This document shows, one piece after another, positions 26,161 to 37,450 of a DNA stretch of 64,000 nucleotides. The notes under the pieces are model-generated. The model had not been told where the DNA came from. It did not search any database and saw nothing but the letters and a program-made list of their open reading frames with translations. Position 1 is the stretch's first letter. Each line of letters starts with the position of its first letter. Position numbers and translations under genes: made by a program. This DNA comes from Squalus acanthias (Eukaryota): the NCBI GenBank assembly GCA_030390025.1, contig CM059436.1:68882001-68946000 (forward strand). The letters run 5' to 3'.

Positions 26161-27599
26161 GTTTATTTTTCAGGATGTGGGATGCATATATTGCCCAACC
26201 CTTGTTTTCCTGAGAAGGTGATGATGGACCTTCTCCTTGAACCGGTGCAGTCCTTGTGGTTATGATTCTCCCACAGCGGTGTTGGGAATTCCAGAATATT
26301 GATCCAGTGATGTATTTCCAATTCAAGATGATGGTGTGTGACTTGGAGGCATTGCTGTTCTTGTCCTTCTCAGTGGTAGAGATTGAAAGGGAGGGAAATG
26401 CTGTTCAGGTAACCTTGATGAGATAGCTTCCAAAGATGGCTCCTGGGCTGGCAGCCCCTTTCTGAGCTGCTCTTCTCTTCAACTGTATCCATGGTCATCC
26501 ATTGCCATCTTTTGCCCTTTCTTCCCCCAATCGCCTTTCTTCAATTGCTGATAGTGAAGGCATTTCAGCCCAAACTACAAGTTCAAAGCTACCCCTGCAG
26601 AGTCCACTGCCCATCCCCCGGCATCTTTGTTCTCTCTCAGCTCCTTCAACTGCTGAAACTCTGCTAAAACTTGACCTCCATCACTGAATTCATTGCGGAC
26701 AGGACTTCGTTGACTACACGGTTTGACTCAGAGGCTGTGGCGCTGCTCTGCTTTTCAGTCACTTCAAGTCTTAAGCTGCGGAATTCTTTTGTCAAATTGG
26801 TTTACGATCTCCTGGACTTCTCTGGACATCTGGACTACGTTTCTGCTTTGAACTACATTGGATTACACTATGTTTCTGCACTGGATTACACTGTAAGACT
26901 TACCTGCTTTGTCTCTATCTTTGCTGCAAAAAGATTTTTACCTTTAAACTGCAGCTGTGTCTCTGCTGAACTGGTTCTACTGGTTGTTCAGCTCTGCTGG
27001 CCTCTAGCTAGCAGCTGCTGCTCCACTTGCTCTACTGGTTTTCAGCTTTGCTGGTCGCTGGCTTGTAGTTTTACTTTTTCTCCGCTGCTTTGATCTACGG
27101 TGACCTCCAACTTGCGTCATTTTAGCCATCATCTTTCTGCATCGCTACCAACTCTCATTCCTACAGCAACAACCTCCATCCTCGAACTCTCTACCCTTCA
27201 AATAGCGTCTGGACTTCACTCACCTGCTTTGGACAGTGATTCGGCGATACTCCGTGCCGGCCCCATCCTGCTTACGTTGGCTTTGTCCCTCCATGGGACC
27301 TCTGACTTTGACCCTGGTCTCCCTACTATTGTCCCCAACCTATTCCCTGCTACCAGGAAATATGTATTCCATTAATTACATTTAAACAGGCCTATGTAAC
27401 CTGAGTTTATCTCGTGTCCATTCACGTGCGCACTTTGGCTGCCGCTCCGGACCCAAGCCATTCCACTTTTTCCCCCTATTTTCCTTTTCTCTCTATCCCT
27501 TCCTAACTGCTCTCTCCTGTCATTATGCCTCCTTTCATCTCTCCTCTCTCGGATACACTGCCCTACCAAATCCCTACCCCAATCCATCATTACTCTTTG

Positions 27600-28814
27600 A
27601 CCTTCCTACTCTCCTGCCGCCACTCCATCCTTCTCCAACTCCTCTCCACCGTCGTCCAGCTAGGTGGGACTGCACTCACCTGGTTCCATTCTTATCTATC
27701 TAATCGTAGCCAGAGAATCACCTGCAATGGCTTCTCTTCCCGCTCCCGCATAGTTACCTCTGGTGTCCCCCAGGGATCTATCCTTGGCCCCTCCTATTTC
27801 TCATCTACATGTTGCCCCTTGGCGACATCATCCGAAAACACAGCATCAGTTTCCACATGTACGCTGACGACACCCAGCTCTACCTCACTACTACTTCTCT
27901 CGACCCCTCTACGGTCTCTAAATTGTCAGACTGCTTGTCCGACATACAGTTCTGGATGAGCAGAAATTTTCTCCAATTAAATATTGGGAAGACCAAAGCC
28001 TTTGTTTTCAGTCCCCGCCACAAGCTCCGTTCCCTAGCCACTGACTCCATCCCTCTCCCTAACATCCGTCTGAGGCTGAACCACACTGTTCGCAACCTTG
28101 GTGTCAGATTTGAAATGAGCTTCCGACCACATATTCGCAGCATAACAAAGACCGCCTATTTCCACCTCTGTAACATTGCCCATCTCCACCCTTGCCTCAG
28201 CTCATCCGCTGCTGAAACCCTCATCCATGCCTTTGTTACCTCTAAATTTGACTATTCCAACGCACTCCTGGCTGACCTCCCACATTCTACTCTACGTAAA
28301 CTTGAGGTCATCCAAAACTCGCCTGTCCGTGTCCAAACTCGCACCAAGTCCCGTTCGCCCATCACCCCTGTGCTCCCTGACCTACATTGGCTCCCAGTTA
28401 AGCAGCGCCTCGATTTCAAAATTCTCATCCTTGTTTTCAAATCCCTCCATGGCCTCGCCCCTTCCTATCTCTGTAATCTCCTTCAGCCCCACAACCCCTT
28501 GAGATATCTGCGCTCATCTAATTCTGCCCTCCTGAGCATCCCTGATTATAATCGCTCAACCATTGGTGGCCGTGCCTTCTGTTGCCTAGGCCCTAAGCTC
28601 TGGAATTCCCTGCCTAAACCTGTCCGCCTCGCTACCTCTCTTTCCTCCTTTAAGACGCTCCTTAAAACCTACCTCTTTGACCAAGCTTTTGGTCACCTGC
28701 CCTAATTTATCCTTATGTGGCTTGGTGCCAATTTATTTGTCTTTTAATACTCCTGTGAAGCACCTTGGGACGTTTTACTACGTTAAAGGTGCTATATAAA
28801 TACAAGTTGTTGTT
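27600..28814 (+). mobile_element. Relatively young L2 LINE, RT C-terminal half and 3' tail (pseudogene)
   Basis: SGVPQGSILGP, then a frameshift into ORF 27809-28705 (HMYADDTQLY, LNIGKT, LHWLPV, FKTLLKTYLF). Tail aaaggtgctatataaatacaagttgttgtt. Confidence 0.92.
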
Positions 28815-29704
28815 ACTGTAGTACATCCTGTAGTATGTACTGTAGTCACCTTGCACCAGTGAGGGAGGGGATGAATACTGAGTACAATGGCAGGGACACC
28901 AATCAGTGAACTGCTCTGTCCTGGATGCTGTTGAGCTTCTTGCATGTTGTTGTGCCCATCCAGGCAAGTAGTGAGTGTTGCATCACGCTCCTAATTTGAG
29001 CCACTCATTGCAGAGTACCAAGCCTTTGCCCTGCTCTTATAGCTATGATCTTGATATGACTGTTCCATTTAAGCTTCTGTCAGTAATGTCTCCCCCCACC
29101 CCCCCCCCTCAAGATGTTGATGGTGGGGGACTCAGCAACAGTGGTGCTGTTGAAAGAGGAGATGGTTGGAAATTCTCCTCTTCAAGATGGTCATTACCTG
29201 GTACTTATGTGGCACAAAAGATACCTGCCAGTTGTCAGCCCAAGTCTAAATGTTGACCAGCTTCTGCTGTAGGGTGGCATCGGCTGCTTCATTATTGGAG
29301 GAACTTAACGCTGTGAAATTGTCAGCGAACAGCCTTATGACTGAGGGAAGATCATTGATGAAGCCGCTAGAGATGGTTGGGCTCAAAAACACTTTCTTGA
29401 GGAACTCCTGCATCAGTGTCCTGGGACTTTGATGATTGGCCTCTGACAACCACGGCCGCCTTTGTTTGTGTCCGGTATGACTCCAGCCATTGAAAGGTTT
29501 TCCCTTTAAGCCCCATTGACCTCAGTTTTGCTAGGGCTCCTTGGTGCCACACTCAATTGAATTATGCCTTGTTTTGAGGGCAGCTGCTCCCACCTCTCCT
29601 CTGGATCAAAGCTGTAATGAGGTCTGGAGGTGAGTGGTTCTCGCAGAACTGAAACGGATCAACAGTGAGTGGGTTATTGGTGACTAGCTGTTGCTTAATG
29701 GCAC

Positions 29705-29878
29705 TATTTTTTTAATTAATTTATGGGATGTGGGCATCGCTGCCAAAGCCAGCATTTATTGCCCATCCCTAATTGCCCTTGAGAACGTGGTGGTGATCCG
29801 CCTTCTTGAACCGCTGCAGTCCGTGTGGTGAAGGTACTCCCACAGTGCTGTTAGGGAGGGAGTTCCAGGTTTTTGACC
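29705..29878 (-). mobile_element. Younger 3'-terminal fragment of the same LINE family nested in the old copy
   Basis: gggatgtgggcatcgctg...gcatttattgcccatccctaattgcccttgagaa...ccttcttgaaccgctgcagtcc is a better-preserved homologue of 26165-26300, with a T-rich end. Confidence 0.75.
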
Positions 29879-32289
29879 CTTCCATCTTTTTCACTGATAA
29901 TTGGGAGGAGGCTTATAGGGCAATAATTGACCAAGTTAGATTTATTTGTTTTTCTTTATATACCTGGGCAGTCTTCCACATTGTCTTGTAGATGCCAGTA
30001 TCATAGTTGTAGTGGAATAGTTTGGCAAGGGGATCAACTCGTTCTGGTGCACAGGTCTTCAGCACTACAGTTGGGATGTTGTCAAGCACAAAACCTTTAC
30101 GTTTTCCAATGGATTCAGCCACTTCTTAATGTCACCGAGGTGAACCAAATTGGCTGGAGACTCGCATCAATGATAGTGGGGACTGCGAGAAAAGACCAAG
30201 TAGATTGTACACTTTGCACATTTGGCTGAAGATACTTGCAAACACTTCAGCCTTGTTTCTTGCACTCGTGTGTTGGGCTTCACCATTGTTGAGTATGGGA
30301 TGTTCATGGAGCTTCCTGCTCCGTTAGTTGCCTGGTTGTCCAACACTATTCTCAACTGGATGTGGTAAGACGACAGAGCTTTGCTCTGATCCATTGGTTG
30401 TGGGACTGCATAGCTCTGTCTCTGGCCTGCTGCATTTTGTATTTAGTGTGCAAATAGCCCTGTATTTAGTTTCACTAGGTTGATACTTCATTCTAAGGTA
30501 TGCCTGGTACTGCTACTGGCACAGGTTTGGTCCCCTGGCTTTGATGGTGATGGAGGAGCATGGGATATGCTAGGCCACGAAGTTACAGATTGTGGTCATT
30601 TATAATTCTGCTAATGATGGCCAACAGCATCTCATGGGTGCCCAGTTTTGGGTTTCCAGTTCTGTCCTTAGTCTGTTCCACTTTGCATGGTGGTAGTGCC
30701 ACACTACACGATGGAGGATGCCCTCATTGTGGAGACGAGACTTTTTTTTCACAAGGACTTTGCAGTGGTCACTCCTACGATTGCTAATGTGGACAGATGT
30801 GTCTGTAACAGATAGGTTTGTGAGGATGCAGTCAAGAAGGTTACTTCCTCGTATTGGTACCCTCACCACCTGACAATGGCCCAGACCGGCAGCTATGTCC
30901 TTCAAGACTGGACTACCTCAGTTACTGGTGGTACTACCAAGATACTCTGGGTGGTAGTCGCCCACCAAAGTACATTCTGATCTTCTTCCAAGTGATATTT
31001 AACATGGAGGAATAGTAATTCATCAGTTGACTTGGGTAGGCGGGCTGTTGGTGGTAGTCACCAGGACATTTTCTTGACCTTGTTTGACCTAGACTTCATG
31101 GGGTTTGGAGTCTATGTTGAGGATTGCAAAGGTCGCTCCCACCCGACTGTATATCACTGTGCCCCCAGCTCTAGTGGGTCTATCTTTCCTGTGGGACAGG
31201 ATATACCAGGGGTAGTGATGGTGAGTCTGGGATGTTGGCTGATAGATCTGATTCTGTGAGTATGACTATGTCAGGTTGTTGCTTGACTAGTCTGTGGTAC
31301 AGTTCTCCCAACTTGGGCACTAATCCCCAGATCTTAGTGAGGAGGACTTTGCTGAAATTGCATAAGTCTTGCCTGGGTCATTATGAATCTGTCTGATTTT
31401 ATTCTTATTTTTCAATTTGGTCATGATTTTTTACAACTGAGTGGCTTTCTCAGCTACTTCAGAGGGCATTAGAGGTCAATCACATAGTGTGGGACTGGAG
31501 ACACATGCATGCTAGTCCTGAAGGACATTAAGTGAACCAGTTTTTTTTTAACAAAGCGGCAGCTTTTATGGTTATTTTCCTAGCATTAGCCTATAAATTT
31601 AAAAAAAATTATTAAATTCAATTCCATAACTAGCCTAATTTGGGATTTTAATTCAAGATCTCTGGTTTGCTAGTCAAGTACCATAATTACACTACTGTAT
31701 CCCTATTATTGCACTTACATTGGTGCTTTCTATAGTTGTGAAACTGCTATTATATCTCAAATGATCCATAATCTTCTAAGTTCTGGCTTAATCCATTATT
31801 GCCAATGTGGTTCTGAGCAATTTTGTTGCCTTATATTATGTACATCTGGAAATCTCCACTTGAACACTTTGGTGAACTTTTGTCATTGCTTTGGACATCT
31901 CCAAACATTTAACAAGGTCTCGCACTCAGCACATCTGAACAAGGTACCATCATATAACCTCCCAGCAGAACTACGTTGATGGCTATAAAGTTTCCTCTCA
32001 AATTGGTTTATTTGCTGGGTTATCCTCCAATTCTTTTTCCATTAACTCGGGGTCCCAGGACTCTGTATTACTCTGTTCCTTCTTCATATCAAATCCTCTT
32101 TCATCATCGTCCACTCCTTTGCTGAATGCCTCCCAAATCTCCTTTGTTGCTGAAGATTCCTCAAGAAATTTATTTCCACGATACTAAACACTTATTTTCC
32201 CCAAAACAACTCTTAACTCGATAAAGTCCCAACTTCATCCAAGACTTGAATACTGTCTCCATATTGAGGATGCGGTCCTAGTACCTAGT

Positions 32290-35200
32290 GTCGTCAGCTG
32301 GAGGAGCTCGAGCTCCAGGTTTCGGAGCTTGAGCAGCAGCTGGCGTCACTGCGGTGCATCCATGAGGCGAGAGCTTCGTGGATAGCACGTTTCAGAAGGT
32401 GGTCATCCCGCAGCTAAGGAGTGCGCAGGCAGACAGGGAATAGGTGACCGCCAGACAGAAAAGGAGGACCAGGCAGGTAGTGCAGGAGTCCCCTGAGTGT
32501 ATCTCGCTCTCTAACCAGTATTCGGTTCTGAGTACTGGTGAGGGCAATGGTTCCTCTGGGGAGTACAGCCAGAGCCAAGTCCGCGGCACCATGGGTGGCT
32601 CAGTTGTACGGGGAGGAGGAAGAAGAGTGGGAGAGCAATAGTGGTAGGGGATTCAATAGTTAGGGGAGCAGACAGGTGTTTCTGCAGCCACAGACATGAC
32701 TCCAGGATGGTATGTTGCCTCCCTTGTGCCAGGGTCAAGGATGTAACTGAGCAGCTGGAGAACATTCTGAGGGGGGAGGCTGAACAGCCAGAGGTCGTGG
32801 TCCATATTGGTACCAACGACATAGTTAGAAAGAGGGATGAGGTCCTGCAGGCAGATTTAAGGGAGCTAGGAAAGAGATTAAAAAGCAGGACCTCAAAGGT
32901 AGTAATCTCTGGATTACTCCCGGTGCCACGCGCAAGTGAGTATAGAAATAGGAGATAGAGCAGATGAATGGGTGGATGGAGAGATGGTGCAGGAGGGAGG
33001 GCTTCAGATTCCTGGGGCATTGGGACCGGTTCTGGGGGACGTGGGACCTGTACAGGCCGGACGGGTTTCACTTCAACAGGGCCGGAACCAATATCCTCGC
33101 GGGAAGGTTTGCTAGTGCTGTTGGGGAGGGTTTAAACTAATTTGACACGGAGATATTCCTGGTTATAAGGTGTTCAGGAAAGATGGGGAAGGAAAGATGG
33201 TGGTGTGGCAGTATTGGTTAAGGAGAATGTTAGTGCTGGAGAGGGAGGATGTCCTGGAGGGGTCAAGGACAGAATCTATATGGCTAGAGTTAAGAAATAA
33301 TAGAGGTGCCATTACACTACTAGGTGTATTCTATAGACCACCAAATAGTGGGAAAGATATGGAGGAGCAAATTTGCAGAGAAATTACAGAGAGGTGCAAG
33401 AACTATCGAGTAGTAATAATGGGGGACTTCAACTATCCTAATATAGACTGAGATTGTAATAGTGTAAAGGGCAGAGAAGGGGAAGAATTTCTGAAGTGTG
33501 TTCAGGAAAACTTTCTTGATCAGTATGTTTCCGGCCCGACGAGGGAGGGGAGGCATTGCTGGATCTGGTTCTCGGGAATGAGATGGGTCAAGTGGAGCAA
33601 GTGTCAGTAGGTGAACATTTAGGGAACAGTGATCATAGTATCATAAGGTTTAGATTACCTATGGAAAAGGACAGGGCGCAATCTAGAGTAAGAATGTTTA
33701 ATTGGGGGGAAGGCCAATTTCAGTGGGATGAGAATGGATCTGGCCCGGGTAAACTGGAATCAAAGATTGGCAGGCAAAACTGTAGTGGAACAATGGGCTG
33801 CCTTTAAAGAGGAAATTGTTCGGGTACAGTCGAGGTACATTCCCACGAGGGGGAAAGGTAGGTCAACTAAAGTCAGAGTTCCCTGGATGATGAAACAGAT
33901 AGCCAATATGATGAAGCAGAAAAAGAGGACGTATGACAGTTGCAAATACATCTGAGAATCAGGCTATATACAGAAAGGTCAGAGGAGAAGTGAAAAAGAA
34001 AATAAGAGGGGCAAAGAGAGGGTATGAGAATAGAATGGCAGCCAGCATAAAAGGTAATCCAAAAGTCTTCTATAGGCATATAAATAGTAAAAGAGTAATG
34101 AGAGGAGGGGTGGGGCCGATTAGGGACCAAAAAGGAGACCTATGCATGGGGGCAGAGGGTATGGCTGAGGTACTAAATGAGTATTTTGCATTTGTCTTCA
34201 CCAAGGAAGAGGATGCTGCCATAGACATAGTGAAGGAAGAGGTAGTGGAGATACTTGATAGTATAAAAATTGATGATGAAGAAGTATTGGAAAGGCTGGC
34301 TGTACTTAAAGTAGATAAGTCACCAAGAGTGGATGGGATGCATCCTAGGATGCTGAGGGAATTGAGGGCGGAAATCGCGGAGGTACTGGCCATAATATTC
34401 CAATCCTCCTTAGATACGGGGGTGGTGCCAGATGACTGGAGAATTGCAAATGTTACACAATTGTTCAAAAAAGGGTGTAAAGATAAACCCAGCAACTACA
34501 GGCCAGTCAGTTTAACCTTGGTAGTGGGGAAGCTTTTAGAAACAGTAATCAGGGACAAAATTAACAGTCACTTGGATAGGTGTGGATTAATTAAGGAAAG
34601 CCAGCACGGATTTGTTAAAGTCAAATCGTGTTTAACCAACTTGATAGAGTTTTTTGATGAGGTAACAGAGAGGGTTGATGAGGGTAATGCGGTTGGCGTA
34701 GTGTACATTGATTTCCAAAAGGCGTTCGACAAAGTGCCACATAATAGGCTCGCCAGCAAAGTTGAAGCCCATGGAATAAAAGGACAGTGGCTGCATGGAT
34801 ACGGAATTGGCTAAGTGACAGGAAACCAGAGAGTAGTGGTGAACGGTTGTTTTTTGGACTGGAGGAAGGTAAACAGTGGCGTTCCCCAGGGGTCGGTTCT
34901 AGGACCACTGCTTTTCTTGATATATATTAATGACTTGGATGTGGGTGTACAGGGCACAATTTCAAAATTTGCAGATGACACAAAACTTGGAAGTATAGTG
35001 AACAGTGAGGAGGAGAGTGTTAGACTTCAGGAAGACATAAACAAGCTGGTGAAATGGGCGGACACATGGCAGATGAAATTTAATGCAGAAAAGTGTGAAA
35101 TGATGCAATTTGGTAGAAAGAATGAGGAGAGGACATATAAACTAAATGGTACAATCCTAAAGGGGGTGCACGAACAGAGACACCTGGGGGTATATGTGCA

Positions 35201-35862
35201 CAAATCGTTGAAGGTGGCAGGGCAGGTTGAGAAAGCAGTTAAAAAGGCTTATGGGATCCTGGGCTTCATAAATAGAGGTATAAGAGTACAAAAATGTGGA
35301 AATTATGATGAACCTTTATAAAACACTGGCTCGGCCCCAACTGGAGTACTGTGTCCAATTCTGGGCACCACACTTTAGGAGGGATGTGAAGGCCTTAGAG
35401 AAGGTGCAGAAAAGATTTACAAGAATGATTCCAGGACTGAGGGACTTCAGTTACATTGTTAGACTGGAATAGCTGGGGTTGTTCTCTTTGGAGCAGAGAA
35501 GATTGAGAGGAGATTTGATAGAGGTGTTCAAAATCATGGGGGTGCTGGACAGGGTAGATAGAGAGAAACTGTTCCCATTGGCAGAAGGGTGGAGAACCAG
35601 AGGACACAGATTTAAGGTGATTGGCAAAAGAACCAAAGGCGACGTAAGAAAAAACTTTTTTACTCAGCGAGTGGTTAAGATTTGGAATGCACTGCCTGAA
35701 AGGGTGGTGGAGGCAGACTCAATCTGGAGTTGGAAAGTATTTGAAGGGAAAAAATTTGCAGGGCTATGGGGAAAGGGCAAGGGAGTGGGACTAGCTGAGA
35801 GTCCGCACGGACTCGGCAGGCCGAATGGCTGCCTTCCGTGCGGTAACCATTCTATGATTCTA
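32290..35862 (+). mobile_element. CR1 LINE, near full length, disrupted (ORF1 SGNH esterase; ORF2 APE endonuclease plus RT)
   Basis: ORF1 VGDSIVRG...CCLP.ARVKDV...VHIGTND (32641-32958). ORF2 pieces GVFYRPPN/MGDFNYPNID, LDLVL..SDH, NYRPVSLT..QHGF..DFQKAFDKV, GVPQGSVLGP..FADDTK, FFTQRVVKIWNALP. CR1 tail cattctatgattcta. Several frameshifts/stops and a deletion near 33145. Confidence 0.95.
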
Positions 35863-36548
35863 CCTCTGTCATGCTGCTGAACAAAGTTAAAAAGCTTGTC
35901 AAATGATGCTCCTTTCAGCTTTCCTCTTTTTTTTATTTCAAAAACTGCAAACTCACAATCCTGTACACTCTTCCCTACATTCCTACTGTGTTGAAAGCAA
36001 GATTCATTGCCTAGCCGCCAATTTAACTCCTTTTTCCCAGGACCTCAAATCTGTGGAATTACATTTCTCCCCAATCTTTCATTCATCCTACAGTCTTCAG
36101 ATTTTAAAACCCAGTCTTGGCATTGCCTAATCCCTGCTACCTGATTTACTTTGTTTTATCTTTATTCCTAGTTTCAACCTGGGAGCCCATTGTATGAGGT
36201 TGATTTCTAACAACCTTACCCAACAACTATCTCTCCTGCCGAAAGACAAGAAAAATCAAAAGACCAGTGTACCTAGTGTCAAATCTCATTTTGCCCTCTT
36301 TCCAAATAATTGAATAAAATTTATAGCAATACAAATGAGGTAATATTGTATGATATGCCACACACTAATTTTAAATTCGCCATAATTAGAACACTATCAG
36401 TGAAGGTTTGTATATCAGTCATTTGGAGTAGATTAAAGGTTTGAGAAAAGACAATGGTCAGTCCCAGTAATCAATGAATCTTAAAGGTGCTTTTAGTCAG
36501 TAATGATTTGTTAATTACTGTATTGATGAACTTTTTTGACTTGCCTAG

Positions 36549-36622
36549 GGAAAAAGAACACGATCTTGAGAGACGCTTTGAGCTGCTAAATAGAGAATTA
36601 CGGGCTATGCTTGCAATAGAAG
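36549..36622 (+). CDS. EHBP1: EHBP1 coding exon (bMERB domain)
   Basis: Acceptor gacttgcctag|G and donor G|gtaagt. Phase fits the previous exon (TT+G=Leu). Translates EKEHDLERRFELLNRELRAMLAIE. Confidence 0.95.
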
Positions 36623-36786
36623 GTAAGTGATGAGTGATTATTTCTCATTTTTCAAAATTATTTACATTTTCCTTTTCAAAGCCTCAATCACTTTAATATT
36701 TTGGCAAAGTTAACTGCTCATAAATTCTCCTGGGCTAAGTGTCCAAGAAAATGTTGATCATTGCAAACACAGTATCTGACTTTAAA

Positions 36787-37232
36787 AGAAACATAGAAAC
36801 ATAGAAACTAGGAGCAGGAGTAGGCCATTCAGCCCGTCGAGCCTGCTCCACCATTCAATACGATCATGGCTGATCATCCAAATCCAGTACCCTGTCCCTG
36901 CTTTCTCACACAGAATCCCCACATCGAGCCTGCACCTATCCCACCCTATCCCCGTAACCCCACGTATTTAATTCCCCCTAACATATCCCATCCTATCCCC
37001 ATAACCCCACATATTTAATCCCCTCCTAACACTAAGGGTCAATTTATCATAGCCAAATCAACCTAACCCGCACATTTTTGGACTGTGGGAGGAAACCGGA
37101 GCACCCGGAGGAAACCCACGCAGACACGGGGAGAATGTGCAAACTCCACACAGACAGTCACCCGAGGTCAGATTCGAACCCGGGTCCCTGGCGCTGTGAA
37201 GCACCAGTGCTAACCACTATGCCACCGTGTTG
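36787..37232 (-). mobile_element. HE1-like V-SINE with CR1 (HER1-type) 3' tail
   Basis: Minus-strand A box TGGCATAGTGGTTAG and B box GGTTCGAAT. V-domain (gtttgcacattctccccgtgtctgcgtgggtttcctccggg). Internal ~46-bp tandem duplication (~36938-37030). Tail seen as (catagaaa)n on +. Confidence 0.88.
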
Positions 37233-37393
37233 TATAGAAACTGTGTGTCCTATATTTAGAAATTAAAACTAGTACAAATGTATGTAAAAAATCGTAATAT
37301 CAAGTTCTTTGAATAACTGTGAAATTCTAGATGTTCATATTGGCAGTATCTGTTGCAGTAACTCTTATCCTCAAATTACTCTAGACTTGCAGT

Positions 37394-37450
37394 TAAGCGC
37401 CTTGGGACGTTTTACTATGTTAAAGGCGTTATGTAAATACAAGTTGTTTT
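37394..37450 (+). mobile_element. Isolated L2 3'-terminal stub
   Basis: aagcgccttgggacgttttactatgttaaaggcgttatgtaaatacaagttgtt matches 28757-28814. Confidence 0.75.

Larger units (their letters stand above)
26161..31695 (-). mobile_element. Old CR1/L2-group non-LTR retrotransposon, split by nested insertions
   Basis: 3' end at 26161-26422, resuming at ~28815. Minus-strand RT remnants WHQGALAKL...WLESY...AGVPQESV (29367-29552) and VLKTCAPE..PLAKLF..TGIY..MWKTAQV (29913-30122). Endonuclease remnant RGSNLLDCILTN...SDH (30600-30905). Confidence 0.75.

Noticed and set aside
27809-35880. Active reverse transcriptase genes
   Set aside because: Both the L2 and CR1 ORF2 copies carry frameshifts, stops or deletions, so they are treated as dead copies.
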